Below are positions 45,436 through 55,505 of a stretch of DNA of 64,000 bases, piece by piece (the first letter of the stretch is position 1; each line of letters opens with the position of its first letter). A program made the translations under genes and the position numbers. Origin of the DNA: a virus (lineage: Duplodnaviria > Caudoviricetes); the IMG/VR virus record IMGVR_UViG_2887127144_000001; one strand, written 5' to 3'. A model generated the notes under the pieces. The model had not been told where the DNA came from and did not search any database. It worked only from the letters and a program-made list of their open reading frames with translations.

Positions 45436-47162
45436 CGGATATCGGTGAACTCGTAGTCAGGATCAAGGCCGACGCTGCTCAACTGGAGCGCGAGATCAAG
45501 AAGGCGAACGGCGTCGTCAAGAAGAGCGCAGGAGAGATGGAGCTTTCCGTCAGCAGCCTGCGTCGGCAGTTCATCGCACTGACCGCGGCCATCGGCGGAG
45601 CCCAGATCGTTCGGTCGATCATGACCTACGAGAAGCTGCAAGCGTCGCTCAAGACCGTGACGGGCTCCGCCGAGGCTGCCAGTCGGGCTTTCTCCCTGAT
45701 CGAGGGCTTCGCTGCGACGACCCCGTTTTCGCTGGAGCAGGTAACTGCCGCATTCATCAAGCTGAAGGCCCTTGGCCTGACTCCTTCCGAGGAAGCGTTG
45801 CGCTCCTACGGGAACACCGCCTCCGCGATGGGCAAGTCTCTCAATCAGATGATCGAGGCCGTCGCCGACGCGACTACCGGTGAGTTTGAACGCCTGAAGG
45901 AGTTCGGGATTAAGACCCGCCAGGAAGGCGACTCCGTGGTGTTCACCTTCCAGGGGATGTCGACCAAGGTCGGTAAGAATGCGGCGGAGATCGAAGGCTA
46001 TCTCCGCAAGATCGGCGACGTGAACTTCGCCGGGGCGATGAAAGAGCAGGAGAACACGGTCAGCACCGCCCTGTCCAACATGGGGGACAGTTTCGGCAAG
46101 CTTGCCAAGCAGATCGGCGACGCCGGCCTCAGCGAGATCATCATCGCGATTGCTAACACGATCCGCTCAATGAACGAGGAGATGGCGGAGACGATCCGCC
46201 TGATGACTCAGATCAATCAGGCAGGCACGGCGAACAATACTGCCTCTCCGATCGACCTTCAGGACAACTTCCCCACCACGACGGATCGGATGCGATTTGG
46301 CCAGCGCCCGAGGAGGGCATCGCAGGTCAGCGACACCCCATTCGGCCCTGAGTTTCAGCAGCCACGGTCCGCTTCCGTGGACGAGAAGGCGGTCGAGAGG
46401 ATCAAGAAGGGGCGAGAGGCGCTGTCAGACTACAACCGCGCCCTCCGCGAGGAGCAAGTGCTTCTCGGCCTCTCTGGCCGCGACCGGGCTGCGCAGGAGT
46501 CGAGATTTCGCGTGGAGGAGATAGCCCGCAAAAGCGGCATCAAGCTCACAAATGAGCAGATCGAGGCGAACGCCGAACTCGCGGCCTCGAATTACGACCT
46601 GCAGGAGGCGCAGGAAAAAATGAAAGAATCTATGCGGGAGGCGGAGCAGATCCGCGCCCTGTTCTACGATCGCCTGACCAGCAGCCTGACCGACGTAGTG
46701 TTCCGCGCCAACAGCGCCCGCGACGCAATGCTCGGGTTCGCCGAATCCATCGCCCGCGCCGCCTTCGAGCGAAAGGTTGCCGGGCCGCTGGCAGATGCCC
46801 TAGTCGGCAGAAACGGCGGAACCGGCCTGTTGGACAGTGTCTTCGACAGCATTGGCGGCGCGTTCGGAGGCTTCTTCGCAGACGGTGGCCGCCCTCCAGT
46901 GGGCGTCCCGTCCATCGTCGGTGAGCGCGGGCCGGAGCTATTCGTGCCTGATTCAGCCGGCACCGTCATCCCGAACCACTCGCTCGGCGGGCAGTCCGTG
47001 ACCGTGTACCAGAGCTTCAACCTGAACCCGGGGGCCACCGAGCAGACCGTGGCCCAGCTCCGCAACCTGGTGCCGAGCATCATGGCCGAGACCAAGGCCG
47101 CGGTGTTCGCCGAAATGCAGCGTGGCGGCACGGGTAGCAAGATCATCGGAGCGAGGAACTGA
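45432..47162 (+). CDS. Tape measure protein (576 aa)
   Basis: IGELVVRI.AD, FAATTPF, TGEFERLKEFG, FADGG.PPVG.PSIVGERGPELFVP. Confidence 0.93.
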   Translation: MTDIGELVVRIKADAAQLEREIKKANGVVKKSAGEMELSVSSLRRQFIALTAAIGGAQIVRSIMTYEKLQASLKTVTGSAEAASRAFSLIEGFAATTPFSLEQVTAAFIKLKALGLTPSEEALRSYGNTASAMGKSLNQMIEAVADATTGEFERLKEFGIKTRQEGDSVVFTFQGMSTKVGKNAAEIEGYLRKIGDVNFAGAMKEQENTVSTALSNMGDSFGKLAKQIGDAGLSEIIIAIANTIRSMNEEMAETIRLMTQINQAGTANNTASPIDLQDNFPTTTDRMRFGQRPRRASQVSDTPFGPEFQQPRSASVDEKAVERIKKGREALSDYNRALREEQVLLGLSGRDRAAQESRFRVEEIARKSGIKLTNEQIEANAELAASNYDLQEAQEKMKESMREAEQIRALFYDRLTSSLTDVVFRANSARDAMLGFAESIARAAFERKVAGPLADALVGRNGGTGLLDSVFDSIGGAFGGFFADGGRPPVGVPSIVGERGPELFVPDSAGTVIPNHSLGGQSVTVYQSFNLNPGATEQTVAQLRNLVPSIMAETKAAVFAEMQRGGTGSKIIGARN

Positions 47163-47767
47163 TGCCCATCGACATGCCCACCCTCCCAGGATTCAACGGC
47201 AGCCGCTTCGGTTTGGAGACAAATACCCAGCGGTTCGAGAGCCCCTTCACCCGCTCCGTGCAGCGAGTCGCCCTCGGCGGCTCCCGATGGATCGCGACCT
47301 ACAGCCTCCCCCCGATGAAGCGGGAGCGGGCCGCCGAGTGGCAGGCCTTCTTCCTGAATCTGGAGGGCGGGGCGAACACGTTCAACGCCTTCGACCCGGA
47401 CGCAAGGCGTCCGCGAGGGGTGGCGACTGGCTCGCCGCTTGTGAAGGGCGGTTCCCAGACCGGCAGCACGCTGAACATCGACGGCGCGACCGCGAACATC
47501 CTGGCATGGCTCCGGCCCGGCGACTACTTCTCGGTGAACGGCGAGTTGAAGATGGTCACCGCCCCGGCGAACACGGACAGCAGCGGTGAGGCGACGATCA
47601 GCTTCAAGCCCGCCTTGCGGAACAGCCCCCCGGACAATACGCCCATCATTCTCGACAAGCCGACCTGCACCATGGCCCTGGTGGACGACCAGCAGGCCAT
47701 CTGGGAGTGCGACGTGGTCGGTCTGTACCAGCCTAAGACGTTCTCGGCGATCGAGGTGTTTAGCTGA
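47162..47767 (+). CDS. Distal tail protein (Dit-like)
   Basis: FESPFT...Q......RW, LPPM....A..WQAF...LEG, PGDYF, PALR. Confidence 0.8.
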   Translation: MPIDMPTLPGFNGSRFGLETNTQRFESPFTRSVQRVALGGSRWIATYSLPPMKRERAAEWQAFFLNLEGGANTFNAFDPDARRPRGVATGSPLVKGGSQTGSTLNIDGATANILAWLRPGDYFSVNGELKMVTAPANTDSSGEATISFKPALRNSPPDNTPIILDKPTCTMALVDDQQAIWECDVVGLYQPKTFSAIEVFS

Positions 47768-47791
47768 GGAACGGCTCTACTGGACCACTAC

Positions 47792-48022
47792 GTGCCTGCC
47801 CATGAACAGGAGATGGAGGCCCGTTGCCCGGTCGTAGTAGATGACGAACAGCGGTCGGCCTTCCGAATCCGTTGCCCTCATCAAGTGGCACAGCTCGTGT
47901 CGTTTAACCCTGACGCAGCCGCCGAGATTCGCCTGATCGATGGCGGACTCCAGCGCAGCCTGCTGGGAAGGTCGATTCGATTCGGTCTCCATACGCCGTC
48001 AACCGTATCAGAAACAACATAG
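47792..48022 (+). CDS. Hypothetical protein
   Basis: 76 aa ORF with weak support. Confidence 0.3.
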   Translation: MPAHEQEMEARCPVVVDDEQRSAFRIRCPHQVAQLVSFNPDAAAEIRLIDGGLQRSLLGRSIRFGLHTPSTVSETT

Positions 48023-48035
48023 CCGTCAACGATTT

Positions 48036-48950
48036 ATGACCGACACCCTGAACCTAGACCGCGCCATCCCGACCCTGACCGAGGAATTCGACCGCCTGCT
48101 CGAGTGGCGACGGGGCTGCACGCAGGTAGACGCCAAGCCGCTCCCGTTGAACGACCCCGGCTTCAATTGGGCCGCCGGATACGTCTGGAACCACCCGATC
48201 GTAGGCCCTGACGCGCCGAAGGAGAAGTGGCCCGCAAAGAAAGCCGCCTCCTACCCGGCGTGGACCTCGAACCTTGGCTCCGGCGCCGTGGATGTCTGTC
48301 CGAATGGCGACATGATCCGCAGAATGGGCCGCAGCCTGGGGCCGTTCGACCTGTCGGGCAGCCAGGAACTTCTGGTATCGGCGAAGCCGCTGCCCGCCTA
48401 CCTGGCCAAGACCGTTGGCCCCCAGGACCGGGTGAACGGCGCGGCCCCCGCCTACATGGGCGGGGCCTTCGTCAGCTTCCCCTACTCGCAGACCTTCGGC
48501 GTGTTCGAGATGCGGGCAAGGATCGCCAAAGGCAAGGGCCTCTGGCCTGCGTTCTGGCTGCTGCCGTGCGACCACTCCTGGCCGCCCGAGATCGACGTGA
48601 TGGAGGTGCTCGGCAAGAGCCCCGAGACCGTCGTCTCGACCCTCCACTTCAAGGACCCGTCCGGCAAGCACAAGCAGGCGTCCGGGATCCTCAAGGGGGC
48701 TGACCTGAGCCTCGCAGTCCACGATTACGCCGTGGACTGGGGGCCGGAGGTCATCCGCTTCTACCTCGACGGCCGCCTGTTCTTCACCCATCCGACCCCT
48801 GCCTCCATGAAGAAGCCGCATTACCTGATCGTTGACCACGCCGTCGGCGGCCCGAAAAGCTGGCCAGGAGCGCCAGACGCGACCACCAAATTCCCCGCCC
48901 AGATGAGGATCTCCCACATCCGCGCCTGGCAGCGGCCCGAGTACCTATGA
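48036..48950 (+). CDS. Glycoside hydrolase family 16
   Basis: G.FEMRA...GLWPAFWL...WPPEIDVMEVLG, HDYAVDW. Confidence 0.9.
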   Translation: MTDTLNLDRAIPTLTEEFDRLLEWRRGCTQVDAKPLPLNDPGFNWAAGYVWNHPIVGPDAPKEKWPAKKAASYPAWTSNLGSGAVDVCPNGDMIRRMGRSLGPFDLSGSQELLVSAKPLPAYLAKTVGPQDRVNGAAPAYMGGAFVSFPYSQTFGVFEMRARIAKGKGLWPAFWLLPCDHSWPPEIDVMEVLGKSPETVVSTLHFKDPSGKHKQASGILKGADLSLAVHDYAVDWGPEVIRFYLDGRLFFTHPTPASMKKPHYLIVDHAVGGPKSWPGAPDATTKFPAQMRISHIRAWQRPEYL

Positions 48951-49522
48951 CCGGAACCCGCGACGCAGCCACCGCCACCCTGACCGCCGCCGAGCAGGAC
49001 CTCATCCTGCCCGTGCTGTTCGCCAAGCTGGAGTTCGACAGCGGCGACGTGCTGGCCCATTCCTGGCTGGGCGAGATCACCTGGGGAGGCGACACCTACC
49101 TCGGCATCGGCCAGTTCGGCGGGGTGAGCCCGGCGGGCGAGCCGAGCGACCTTTCTCGCTCCGGCCTGTCCCTGACGCTCTCGAACATCCCCGGTGCCAT
49201 GGGGGCGCTCGTCCTGGGCGAGTACTACCAGCGCCGCCGGGCCACGCTGTATCTGGGCTACCTCGACCAGACGACGATGCAACTCGTGGACGACCCCGTG
49301 ATCGTCTACCGCGGCCGCATGGACAACTCGCGCATCAAGCAGGACGGGAAGACCTTCACGGTGACGGTCAACGTCGAGAGCGCCTTCGCCGCGTGGGACA
49401 AGCCGCAGATCAGGCGGTTCAACAACGCCTATCAGCAGTCGGTGTACCCCGGCGACCGGGGCTTCGAGTTCGCGGAGCAGGCAGCGGATAAACAAGTAGT
49501 TTGGGGCGGGAAGCTGACGTGA
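48947..49522 (+). CDS. Tail tip/hub protein
   Basis: W.G.TYLG.G, L.LS.I, GRMD, Q..YPGDRGFEF...WG. Confidence 0.8.
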   Translation: MTGTRDAATATLTAAEQDLILPVLFAKLEFDSGDVLAHSWLGEITWGGDTYLGIGQFGGVSPAGEPSDLSRSGLSLTLSNIPGAMGALVLGEYYQRRRATLYLGYLDQTTMQLVDDPVIVYRGRMDNSRIKQDGKTFTVTVNVESAFAAWDKPQIRRFNNAYQQSVYPGDRGFEFAEQAADKQVVWGGKLT

Positions 49523-49914
49523 GGAATGAGGGCTGGGAGGCAATTCTCGCCGAGCACATCGAGCAGGCGAGGAACAATGCATTTGAATGGGGCATGAACG
49601 ACTGCGCCCTCTGGTCAGCCGACTGGGTCAGGAAGGCCACGGGCGAGGACTTCGCCTCGACCTGGCGCGGCCGGTACACGACCGAGACTGAGCTGAACGC
49701 CCTGCTGGCCGCGATGGACATCGAGTCGCCGGGCGACATCGCCTCCGAGCACCTGCCCGAGATGGACGTGCCGTTCGCCCAGCGGGGCGACATCGTGCTG
49801 CACCCGCAAGGCTGCCTCGGCATCTGCAACGGCCTGGACAGCTACTTCCTTATGGAACAGGGCGTGACCCGCATCCGCACCCGCAACTGCGTCAAAGCCT
49901 GGGCGGTGCGCTGA
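49519..49914 (+). CDS. NlpC/P60-like tail tip protein
   Basis: FEWG.NDCALW.AD, AQRGDIV, LGIC.G. Confidence 0.82.
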   Translation: MRNEGWEAILAEHIEQARNNAFEWGMNDCALWSADWVRKATGEDFASTWRGRYTTETELNALLAAMDIESPGDIASEHLPEMDVPFAQRGDIVLHPQGCLGICNGLDSYFLMEQGVTRIRTRNCVKAWAVR

Positions 49915-52541
49915 TGGGTCCGGCTGTTCCCGTCGTCGCGGCCCTCGCCGGCGCGGCAGCATCCTCGGCCATCGGGGCGACCGCCATCGGCGGCGCTTTC
50001 ACCGTGGGCCTCCTGAACGCGGGCATCGGCTTCAGCGCGGGTGGCGCCATCGCATTCACGGGGGCCATCGCGGGCTTTGCCGTGTCCACGGCGGTGAACG
50101 CCGTCGGCAGCCGCATGGTCTCGAGCAAGCCCAAGCCGGGCGCGAACACCGCCCAGGAGGTTCGCGGCCAATCGGTCATGGTCCGCTCCTCGGTCGAGAG
50201 CCACAAGATCATCTACGGCCAGACCCGCGTTTCCGGCCCCATCGTGCTGGTCACCACCACGAACAGCGGTCCCGATTCCACCGGCGCGACGGTGACGGCC
50301 GACAACCTGTTCCTGCACATGGTCATCCCTCTTGCCGGGCACGAGGTGGAGGAGATCGGCACCGTTTATCTGAACGACGTGGCTGTCAGCCTCGACGGCA
50401 ACGGCTTCGTGCAGACCGCCCCGTACCTGAAGGACGGCAAGTCCTACGTCCGCATCAAGAAATACCTGGGAACCGCCAGCCAGACGGCGGACCCGCTGCT
50501 TATGGCGGAAGTGTCGAGCTGGACCTCGGCCCACCGCCTGCAGGGCATCCCGTACCTCTACATTCGGATGCAGTGGAACCCGGACGTCTACCCGAACGGC
50601 ACGCCCAACGTCAGCGCCGTGGTCAAGGGCAAGAAGGTCTACGACCCCCGCAGCGGGCTGACCGCCTGGACCGACAACTCCGCCCTGTGCGCCCGCGACT
50701 ACCTCGCGTCCGATTACGGCTTCAACGTCGACGCCGACGAGTTGAACGACGACTTCTTCGAGGCCGCCGCCAACGTCTGCGACGAATCCGTGGCCCTCAA
50801 CGCCGGCGGCACCCAGAAGCGGTACACGACCAATGGCGTGATCGACACGGCGGCCTCCCCGCTCGACAACCTGAACGCTCTGGTCGCGGCCATGGCCGGT
50901 ACGGTCACCTACGTCCAGGGCAAGTTCCGGGCCTACGCGGGCGCCTACGACGCCCCGGTCGGCGACATCGACCTGGACATGGTGGTGGACGGCATCGACG
51001 TGGTCGAGAGCCCGCCCCGCCAGGACCTGTTCAACCGCGTGCAGGGCACCTACGTCGACCCGAACAAGAACTGGCAGCCGACCGATTTCCCACCGGTCAC
51101 GAACAGCCTGTACGAGACGCAGGACGGGGGCGAGGTCATCCCCCGCGACGTGGTGCTGACGCTCACCAACCACCCCGAGGCCGCCCAGCGCATCGCCAAG
51201 ATCATCCTGGAGCAGGGACGCCAGGGCATCCAGGTTGAGCTGAAGCTCAAGCACAGCGCCCTGTCCTACGCCGTGTGGGACACCGTGACGCTCACCAACA
51301 CCCCGCTCGGCTGGGAGAGCAAGGTCTTCCGCATCAGTAACTTGCAGACGGAGGGCATCGGTCCGATCACCCTGAGCCTCCAGGAGGAGAGCGCGGCCAG
51401 CTACGACTGGGCGGCCGGTCAGGCGTCCACCTACGACGCGGCCCCGGACACGAACCTGCCCAGCCCGTTCAACGTGGCACCGCCCGTGTCGCTGACCGTG
51501 ACCGAGGACTTGTACGTCACCCGCGAGGGGGACGGCGTGAAGGCGAAGGCCATCATGAGCTGGGTCGCCTCGCCGGACGCCTTCATCTATCTATACCAGC
51601 CCGAATACAAGCTCGCGTCCGATACCGAGTGGATCCCGCTACCGCGTACCCCTTCTACGACCGCCGAGGTGTTGGACATCGCGCCGGACATCTACAACTT
51701 CCGGGTCAAGGCGATCAACACGCTGAACGCTTCGTCGGTGTACACCGAGACCACCAAACAGATCTCGGGCCTCGCGGCCCCGCCGACCGCCCCGCAGAAC
51801 CTCTACTGGACGGCCATCGGCGGGTTGGCCTACCTGAATTGGGCTCCGTCCCCCGACCTCGACGTGCGCATCGGCGGCAAGTACGTCTTCCGCTACTCGC
51901 CGGACACTTCGGACGGGTGGGCGAACAGCACCACCATCGGCAACGCCGTGCCGGGCAGTTCGTCGCAGGCTCTCCTGCCGCTCAAGACGGGCATATATCT
52001 GGTGAAGGCCGAGGACTCAAGCGGCGTGCAGTCATCCACCACCTCCAGCGTCATCGTGACGCAGGACACGATTTACGCCCTGTCGGTCATTGCCACGTTG
52101 ACCGAGGACCCCACGTTCGGCGGTTCGAAGACCAACTGCTCGGTCTCCGGTGGCGTTCTCTCGCTCACCGACACAACCCTGCCCGGGACGTACCTGTTCA
52201 GCAGCAAGATGGACCTCGGGAGCGTAAAGCGGGTGCGCCTCACTGCGAAGTTAAAGGCCGCCGTGGTGAACCCATCCGACTTGTTCGACAGCCGCTCCGG
52301 ATTGTTCGACGACGCGGAAGGCAGTTTCGACGGTGACGACACCGCGTCCGCTGATGCCGTGGTGTTCGTGCGGTCAACGCAGACTGATCCCAACGGCAGC
52401 CCGACGTGGACGGCTTGGAACCGACTGGATTCCGGTGAGTTCGTGGCAAGAGGGTTCGACTTCAAGGTAGAGCTGGTGTCATACGACTCAGCGTTCAACA
52501 TCGAGATCAGCGAATTAGAAGCAGAAGCAGCGGAGTTGTAA
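49914..52541 (+). CDS. Central tail fibre / tip attachment protein (J-like) with FN3 domains
   Basis: IIYG.TRVSG, HRLQG, VKGKKVYDPR, NSALC.RDYL, YNFRVKAIN. Confidence 0.92.
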   Translation: MGPAVPVVAALAGAAASSAIGATAIGGAFTVGLLNAGIGFSAGGAIAFTGAIAGFAVSTAVNAVGSRMVSSKPKPGANTAQEVRGQSVMVRSSVESHKIIYGQTRVSGPIVLVTTTNSGPDSTGATVTADNLFLHMVIPLAGHEVEEIGTVYLNDVAVSLDGNGFVQTAPYLKDGKSYVRIKKYLGTASQTADPLLMAEVSSWTSAHRLQGIPYLYIRMQWNPDVYPNGTPNVSAVVKGKKVYDPRSGLTAWTDNSALCARDYLASDYGFNVDADELNDDFFEAAANVCDESVALNAGGTQKRYTTNGVIDTAASPLDNLNALVAAMAGTVTYVQGKFRAYAGAYDAPVGDIDLDMVVDGIDVVESPPRQDLFNRVQGTYVDPNKNWQPTDFPPVTNSLYETQDGGEVIPRDVVLTLTNHPEAAQRIAKIILEQGRQGIQVELKLKHSALSYAVWDTVTLTNTPLGWESKVFRISNLQTEGIGPITLSLQEESAASYDWAAGQASTYDAAPDTNLPSPFNVAPPVSLTVTEDLYVTREGDGVKAKAIMSWVASPDAFIYLYQPEYKLASDTEWIPLPRTPSTTAEVLDIAPDIYNFRVKAINTLNASSVYTETTKQISGLAAPPTAPQNLYWTAIGGLAYLNWAPSPDLDVRIGGKYVFRYSPDTSDGWANSTTIGNAVPGSSSQALLPLKTGIYLVKAEDSSGVQSSTTSSVIVTQDTIYALSVIATLTEDPTFGGSKTNCSVSGGVLSLTDTTLPGTYLFSSKMDLGSVKRVRLTAKLKAAVVNPSDLFDSRSGLFDDAEGSFDGDDTASADAVVFVRSTQTDPNGSPTWTAWNRLDSGEFVARGFDFKVELVSYDSAFNIEISELEAEAAEL

Positions 52542-53762
52542 GTGTCCCAGCATGATTTGGTAATCGATAACGCCACGTTCCCGTCCGTCCGTTCCGATGT
52601 GAACAGCGCCCTCCAGGCCCTCGGCAGCACGAGCAAGGGCAACAGCCGCCCGGCCACACCGTATGCCGGGCAGTTATGGCTCGACGACAACACCCCGAGC
52701 GCCACCGTGTGGTCGCTCTACATGTACGACGGCAGCGACGACATCAAGCTGGGCGAGTTCGACAGTACGGCCAACAACTTCATGCCGTTCGTCAACGGCG
52801 TCTCCCTGACCTCGTTCCTCTCGGCCTACACCTTCCCCGGCACGGAGGCCAGCCTCGCGTCGGCGTCCACCACGAACCTCGGCTCAACCGGCGTGTTCGC
52901 CGTCTCGATCACTGGCACGACGACCATTAACTCGTTCGGCAGTTCCGCCAGCACCTCGGCCCCGCTTTATTTCATCCGGTTCACCGGCGCCCTGACCATC
53001 ACCCACAACGCCACCAGCCTGATCCTGCCGGGCGGGGCGAATATCACCACCGCGGCTGGGGCCACGGCGACAATGCTTTACCTCGGCTCGGGAAACTGGC
53101 GGATGCTCTCCTACGAACCCGCGCTCGCGGCCAACCGCCTGATCGGTGTGGGCTCGACCGGGGGTAAGGGGGCCGTAATTCCCTCAGGGGATTTCACGTT
53201 CAGCGGCTTGAACATGGGCCTCAACACCGGCACCAGCGCCAACCAGATCGTGAAGCTGGATTGGTCAGCCAGACTCCCAGCAGTGGACGGCAGCCAACTC
53301 CTCGGCATCTCGGGTATGCCTTCCGCCGTGACGGGCACGCTCTCCGGTGGCTCGACAGTCTTCACGGTCGACTTCACGACGTATTCGGCCTACAGGCTGG
53401 ACATCGTCGAAATGGTATCGAGCCCAAACGGCGCGTTCACCATCGATCTCAGTAGCGATGGCGGATCGACTTACGTCAGTGCCACTCGAAACAACCGGGA
53501 CAACGGAAGCGCAGCAAACACCACGTCTGATGGCAACTCTGGCGCCGGCTCGTCTCGCTACAACGGCTCCTTCGTAATCTCGCAGCCCTCTGCGTCTGGT
53601 GAAACCTGCCTCATCGGGTCCGGGGCGGTATCCGGCTCAACTGACACCGCGGCACACGTCCGACATGGGAGCAGCGCAGCCATCAACCGAGTGCGTATCA
53701 CAGGATCATCGATCACTTTCACCGGTGGGAATGTCATCCTCCAGCCCATTTCCAAGCGTTAA
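52542..53762 (+). CDS. Tail fibre protein
   Basis: MSQHD.VI.N..FPSVRSD.N.ALQAL; Ser/Thr/Gly-rich; RLPAVDGSQL. Confidence 0.85.
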   Translation: MSQHDLVIDNATFPSVRSDVNSALQALGSTSKGNSRPATPYAGQLWLDDNTPSATVWSLYMYDGSDDIKLGEFDSTANNFMPFVNGVSLTSFLSAYTFPGTEASLASASTTNLGSTGVFAVSITGTTTINSFGSSASTSAPLYFIRFTGALTITHNATSLILPGGANITTAAGATATMLYLGSGNWRMLSYEPALAANRLIGVGSTGGKGAVIPSGDFTFSGLNMGLNTGTSANQIVKLDWSARLPAVDGSQLLGISGMPSAVTGTLSGGSTVFTVDFTTYSAYRLDIVEMVSSPNGAFTIDLSSDGGSTYVSATRNNRDNGSAANTTSDGNSGAGSSRYNGSFVISQPSASGETCLIGSGAVSGSTDTAAHVRHGSSAAINRVRITGSSITFTGGNVILQPISKR

Positions 53763-53773
53763 CCATTGCCTCG

Positions 53774-53802
53774 TTGCGCCTACGCAACAAATGGTATAGA
53801 CT
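53774..53802 (+). promoter_or_regulatory. Promoter for the lysis region
   Basis: TTGCGC-N17-TAGACT within an imperfect palindrome. Confidence 0.45.
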
Positions 53803-53828
53803 TTTTATAACCAGTCTAGGAGTAGATA

Positions 53829-54044
53829 ATGATTGTCGACATTGGCGATACCCTCCGAAATCATGGCTGGAAAATCTTCATCTCGACTGTATCCGTCATC
53901 GGCACCACCATCGGCGGTGCGTACTGGTCGCTCGATAAGCGGCAGTCCTCGCTGGAAGACTCCCAGATCATGATCGAGAAGAACATCTCCGAGATCAACG
54001 GCAAGATGGACGTTGTCATTACGCTCCTAAGGGGTCGCAAATGA
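53829..54044 (+). CDS. Single-TM coiled-coil protein, candidate holin
   Basis: AGGAG RBS; one TM then a coiled coil; position before the endolysin. Confidence 0.55.
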   Translation: MIVDIGDTLRNHGWKIFISTVSVIGTTIGGAYWSLDKRQSSLEDSQIMIEKNISEINGKMDVVITLLRGRK

Positions 54045-54217
54045 GCAAGGTCCATACCCTCGATACGCCCGCCTCCTACGCCTACGAGGACGAGGATTGC
54101 ATCGTGAGGGTGACGGACAAGGCTGGCGAGCCCCTCACGAACGCGGTCGCCTTCTACGCGCTTTGCAAGGCCGCGATCGACCTGCTCATCGACTACGGCG
54201 ACGAGGCCGAGGACTGA
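54041..54217 (+). CDS. Small acidic protein
   Basis: ATGA-coupled 58 aa ORF. Confidence 0.5.
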   Translation: MSKVHTLDTPASYAYEDEDCIVRVTDKAGEPLTNAVAFYALCKAAIDLLIDYGDEAED

Positions 54218-55129
54218 ATGCGGCGCGAACCCTACGACGAGGCTTACAAGGCTGAGATCGTCAGGAGGGTTCTGGCAGGAGAAACCGCCGAGGCCATCAG
54301 TCGCCAGCCAGGGTCACCGAGAGGTGCAACCATCCGCGAGTGGGTTGTCAAGGCGAAGCATAAGGAGGCCCTCAAGGCCACAGTACGTCAGCACGTCGAG
54401 CCGAGGCCTGTCGTCCTGGCCCCCACCATCGAAGCCCACCGCCCGCGCCGGGTGCTCGTCATCCCCGACATGCACCATCCCTTCTGCCACCCCGACGCGC
54501 TGGAGTTCCTGAAGGCTGTACGCGATGCGTACAAGTGCGATTCCGTGGTGTGCCTCGGGGACGAGGTGGACTGGCACGCGCTCTCGCGCTACGACCACGA
54601 CCCGGACGGCTTATCACCCGGGGGAGAGTTGGAGGCGGCGCTGGTCAGCATCGCCCCGTTCTACACCGCCTTCCCCGACGTGCTGGTATGCACCTCGAAC
54701 CACACCGTGCGCGGCCACCGCAAGGCGTACTCCGCCGGCATCCCCGCCGCGTTCCTCAAGCACATCAGCATGGTGCTGCACGCTCCCGACGGCTGGGAGT
54801 GGAGGGATGAGCACCGCATCGACGGCGTGTCCTACATCCACGGCGACGCTGGGCGCTCCGGCCAGTACGCCCACATCCACTACATGAAGCAGGCCAAGCG
54901 CTCAGTGGTCATCGGGCACATTCATGCCTTTGCCGGAGTGGCATTTGAAGGACAGCACTTCGGCATGAACACGGGCTGCCTTATCGACTCGGAGGCCTAC
55001 GCCTTCGCCTATGGAAGAAAGAACCTGCTCCCCGTATCCCTCGGGTGTGGCGTGGTCATCGAGGGAAGGGAGGCGCATTTCATCCCGATGCACCTGGACG
55101 ACAACAAACGATGGACAGGAAAGTTATGA
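54218..55129 (+). CDS. Calcineurin-like metallophosphoesterase with N-terminal HTH
   Basis: IPDMH, LGDEVD, SNH, HGD, GHIH. Confidence 0.9.
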   Translation: MRREPYDEAYKAEIVRRVLAGETAEAISRQPGSPRGATIREWVVKAKHKEALKATVRQHVEPRPVVLAPTIEAHRPRRVLVIPDMHHPFCHPDALEFLKAVRDAYKCDSVVCLGDEVDWHALSRYDHDPDGLSPGGELEAALVSIAPFYTAFPDVLVCTSNHTVRGHRKAYSAGIPAAFLKHISMVLHAPDGWEWRDEHRIDGVSYIHGDAGRSGQYAHIHYMKQAKRSVVIGHIHAFAGVAFEGQHFGMNTGCLIDSEAYAFAYGRKNLLPVSLGCGVVIEGREAHFIPMHLDDNKRWTGKL

Positions 55130-55398
55130 AGGCAGAGGAGATCGCCCGCAGGGCGGCGGATCTGGTCGGGGGCGACCGAGCCAGGCAGCACGGCGACAAG
55201 CACGAGACGCACCGCAACATCGCCCGACTGTGGAGCGCGTGGCTGCGCCATCCCGTTTCGGCGGCTGACGTGGCGGCCATGATGGTGCTGCTGAAACTGG
55301 CCCGCACCAAGGGCGGAAGCCTCAACACGGACAATTTCGTGGATATGGCGGGCTACGCCAGCATCATGGGAGAACTCGCCGATGGAGCCGACTCGTAA
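55126..55398 (+). CDS. DUF6378-like phage protein
   Basis: GDRA.QHGD...NIA.LWSA.L...DVA.MM.LLK.AR...D.FVD.AGY. Confidence 0.85.
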   Translation: MKAEEIARRAADLVGGDRARQHGDKHETHRNIARLWSAWLRHPVSAADVAAMMVLLKLARTKGGSLNTDNFVDMAGYASIMGELADGADS

Positions 55399-55505
55399 TG
55401 CTGTTCTCGAAAGACTGGCTCTTCTGCTTGAGCGGGAGTGCCGCCTGGCTGGCGTGGATATTGAGCCGGAAACGACGAAAATCATCGAAAAGCTGAAGAG
55501 GAACC

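Noticed and set aside
30206-53762. Gene transfer agent cluster
   Set aside because: Head genes are RcGTA-family-like, but linked replication, origin, early and lysis genes indicate a genuine phage
53759-53766. TTAACCAT as a CtrA half-site
   Set aside because: Single 8-mer overlapping a stop codon; no full TTAA-N7-TTAA site found
54218-54370. Transposase-like HTH at the start of the phosphoesterase
   Set aside because: No catalytic transposase domain or IS ends; it is just a fused HTH
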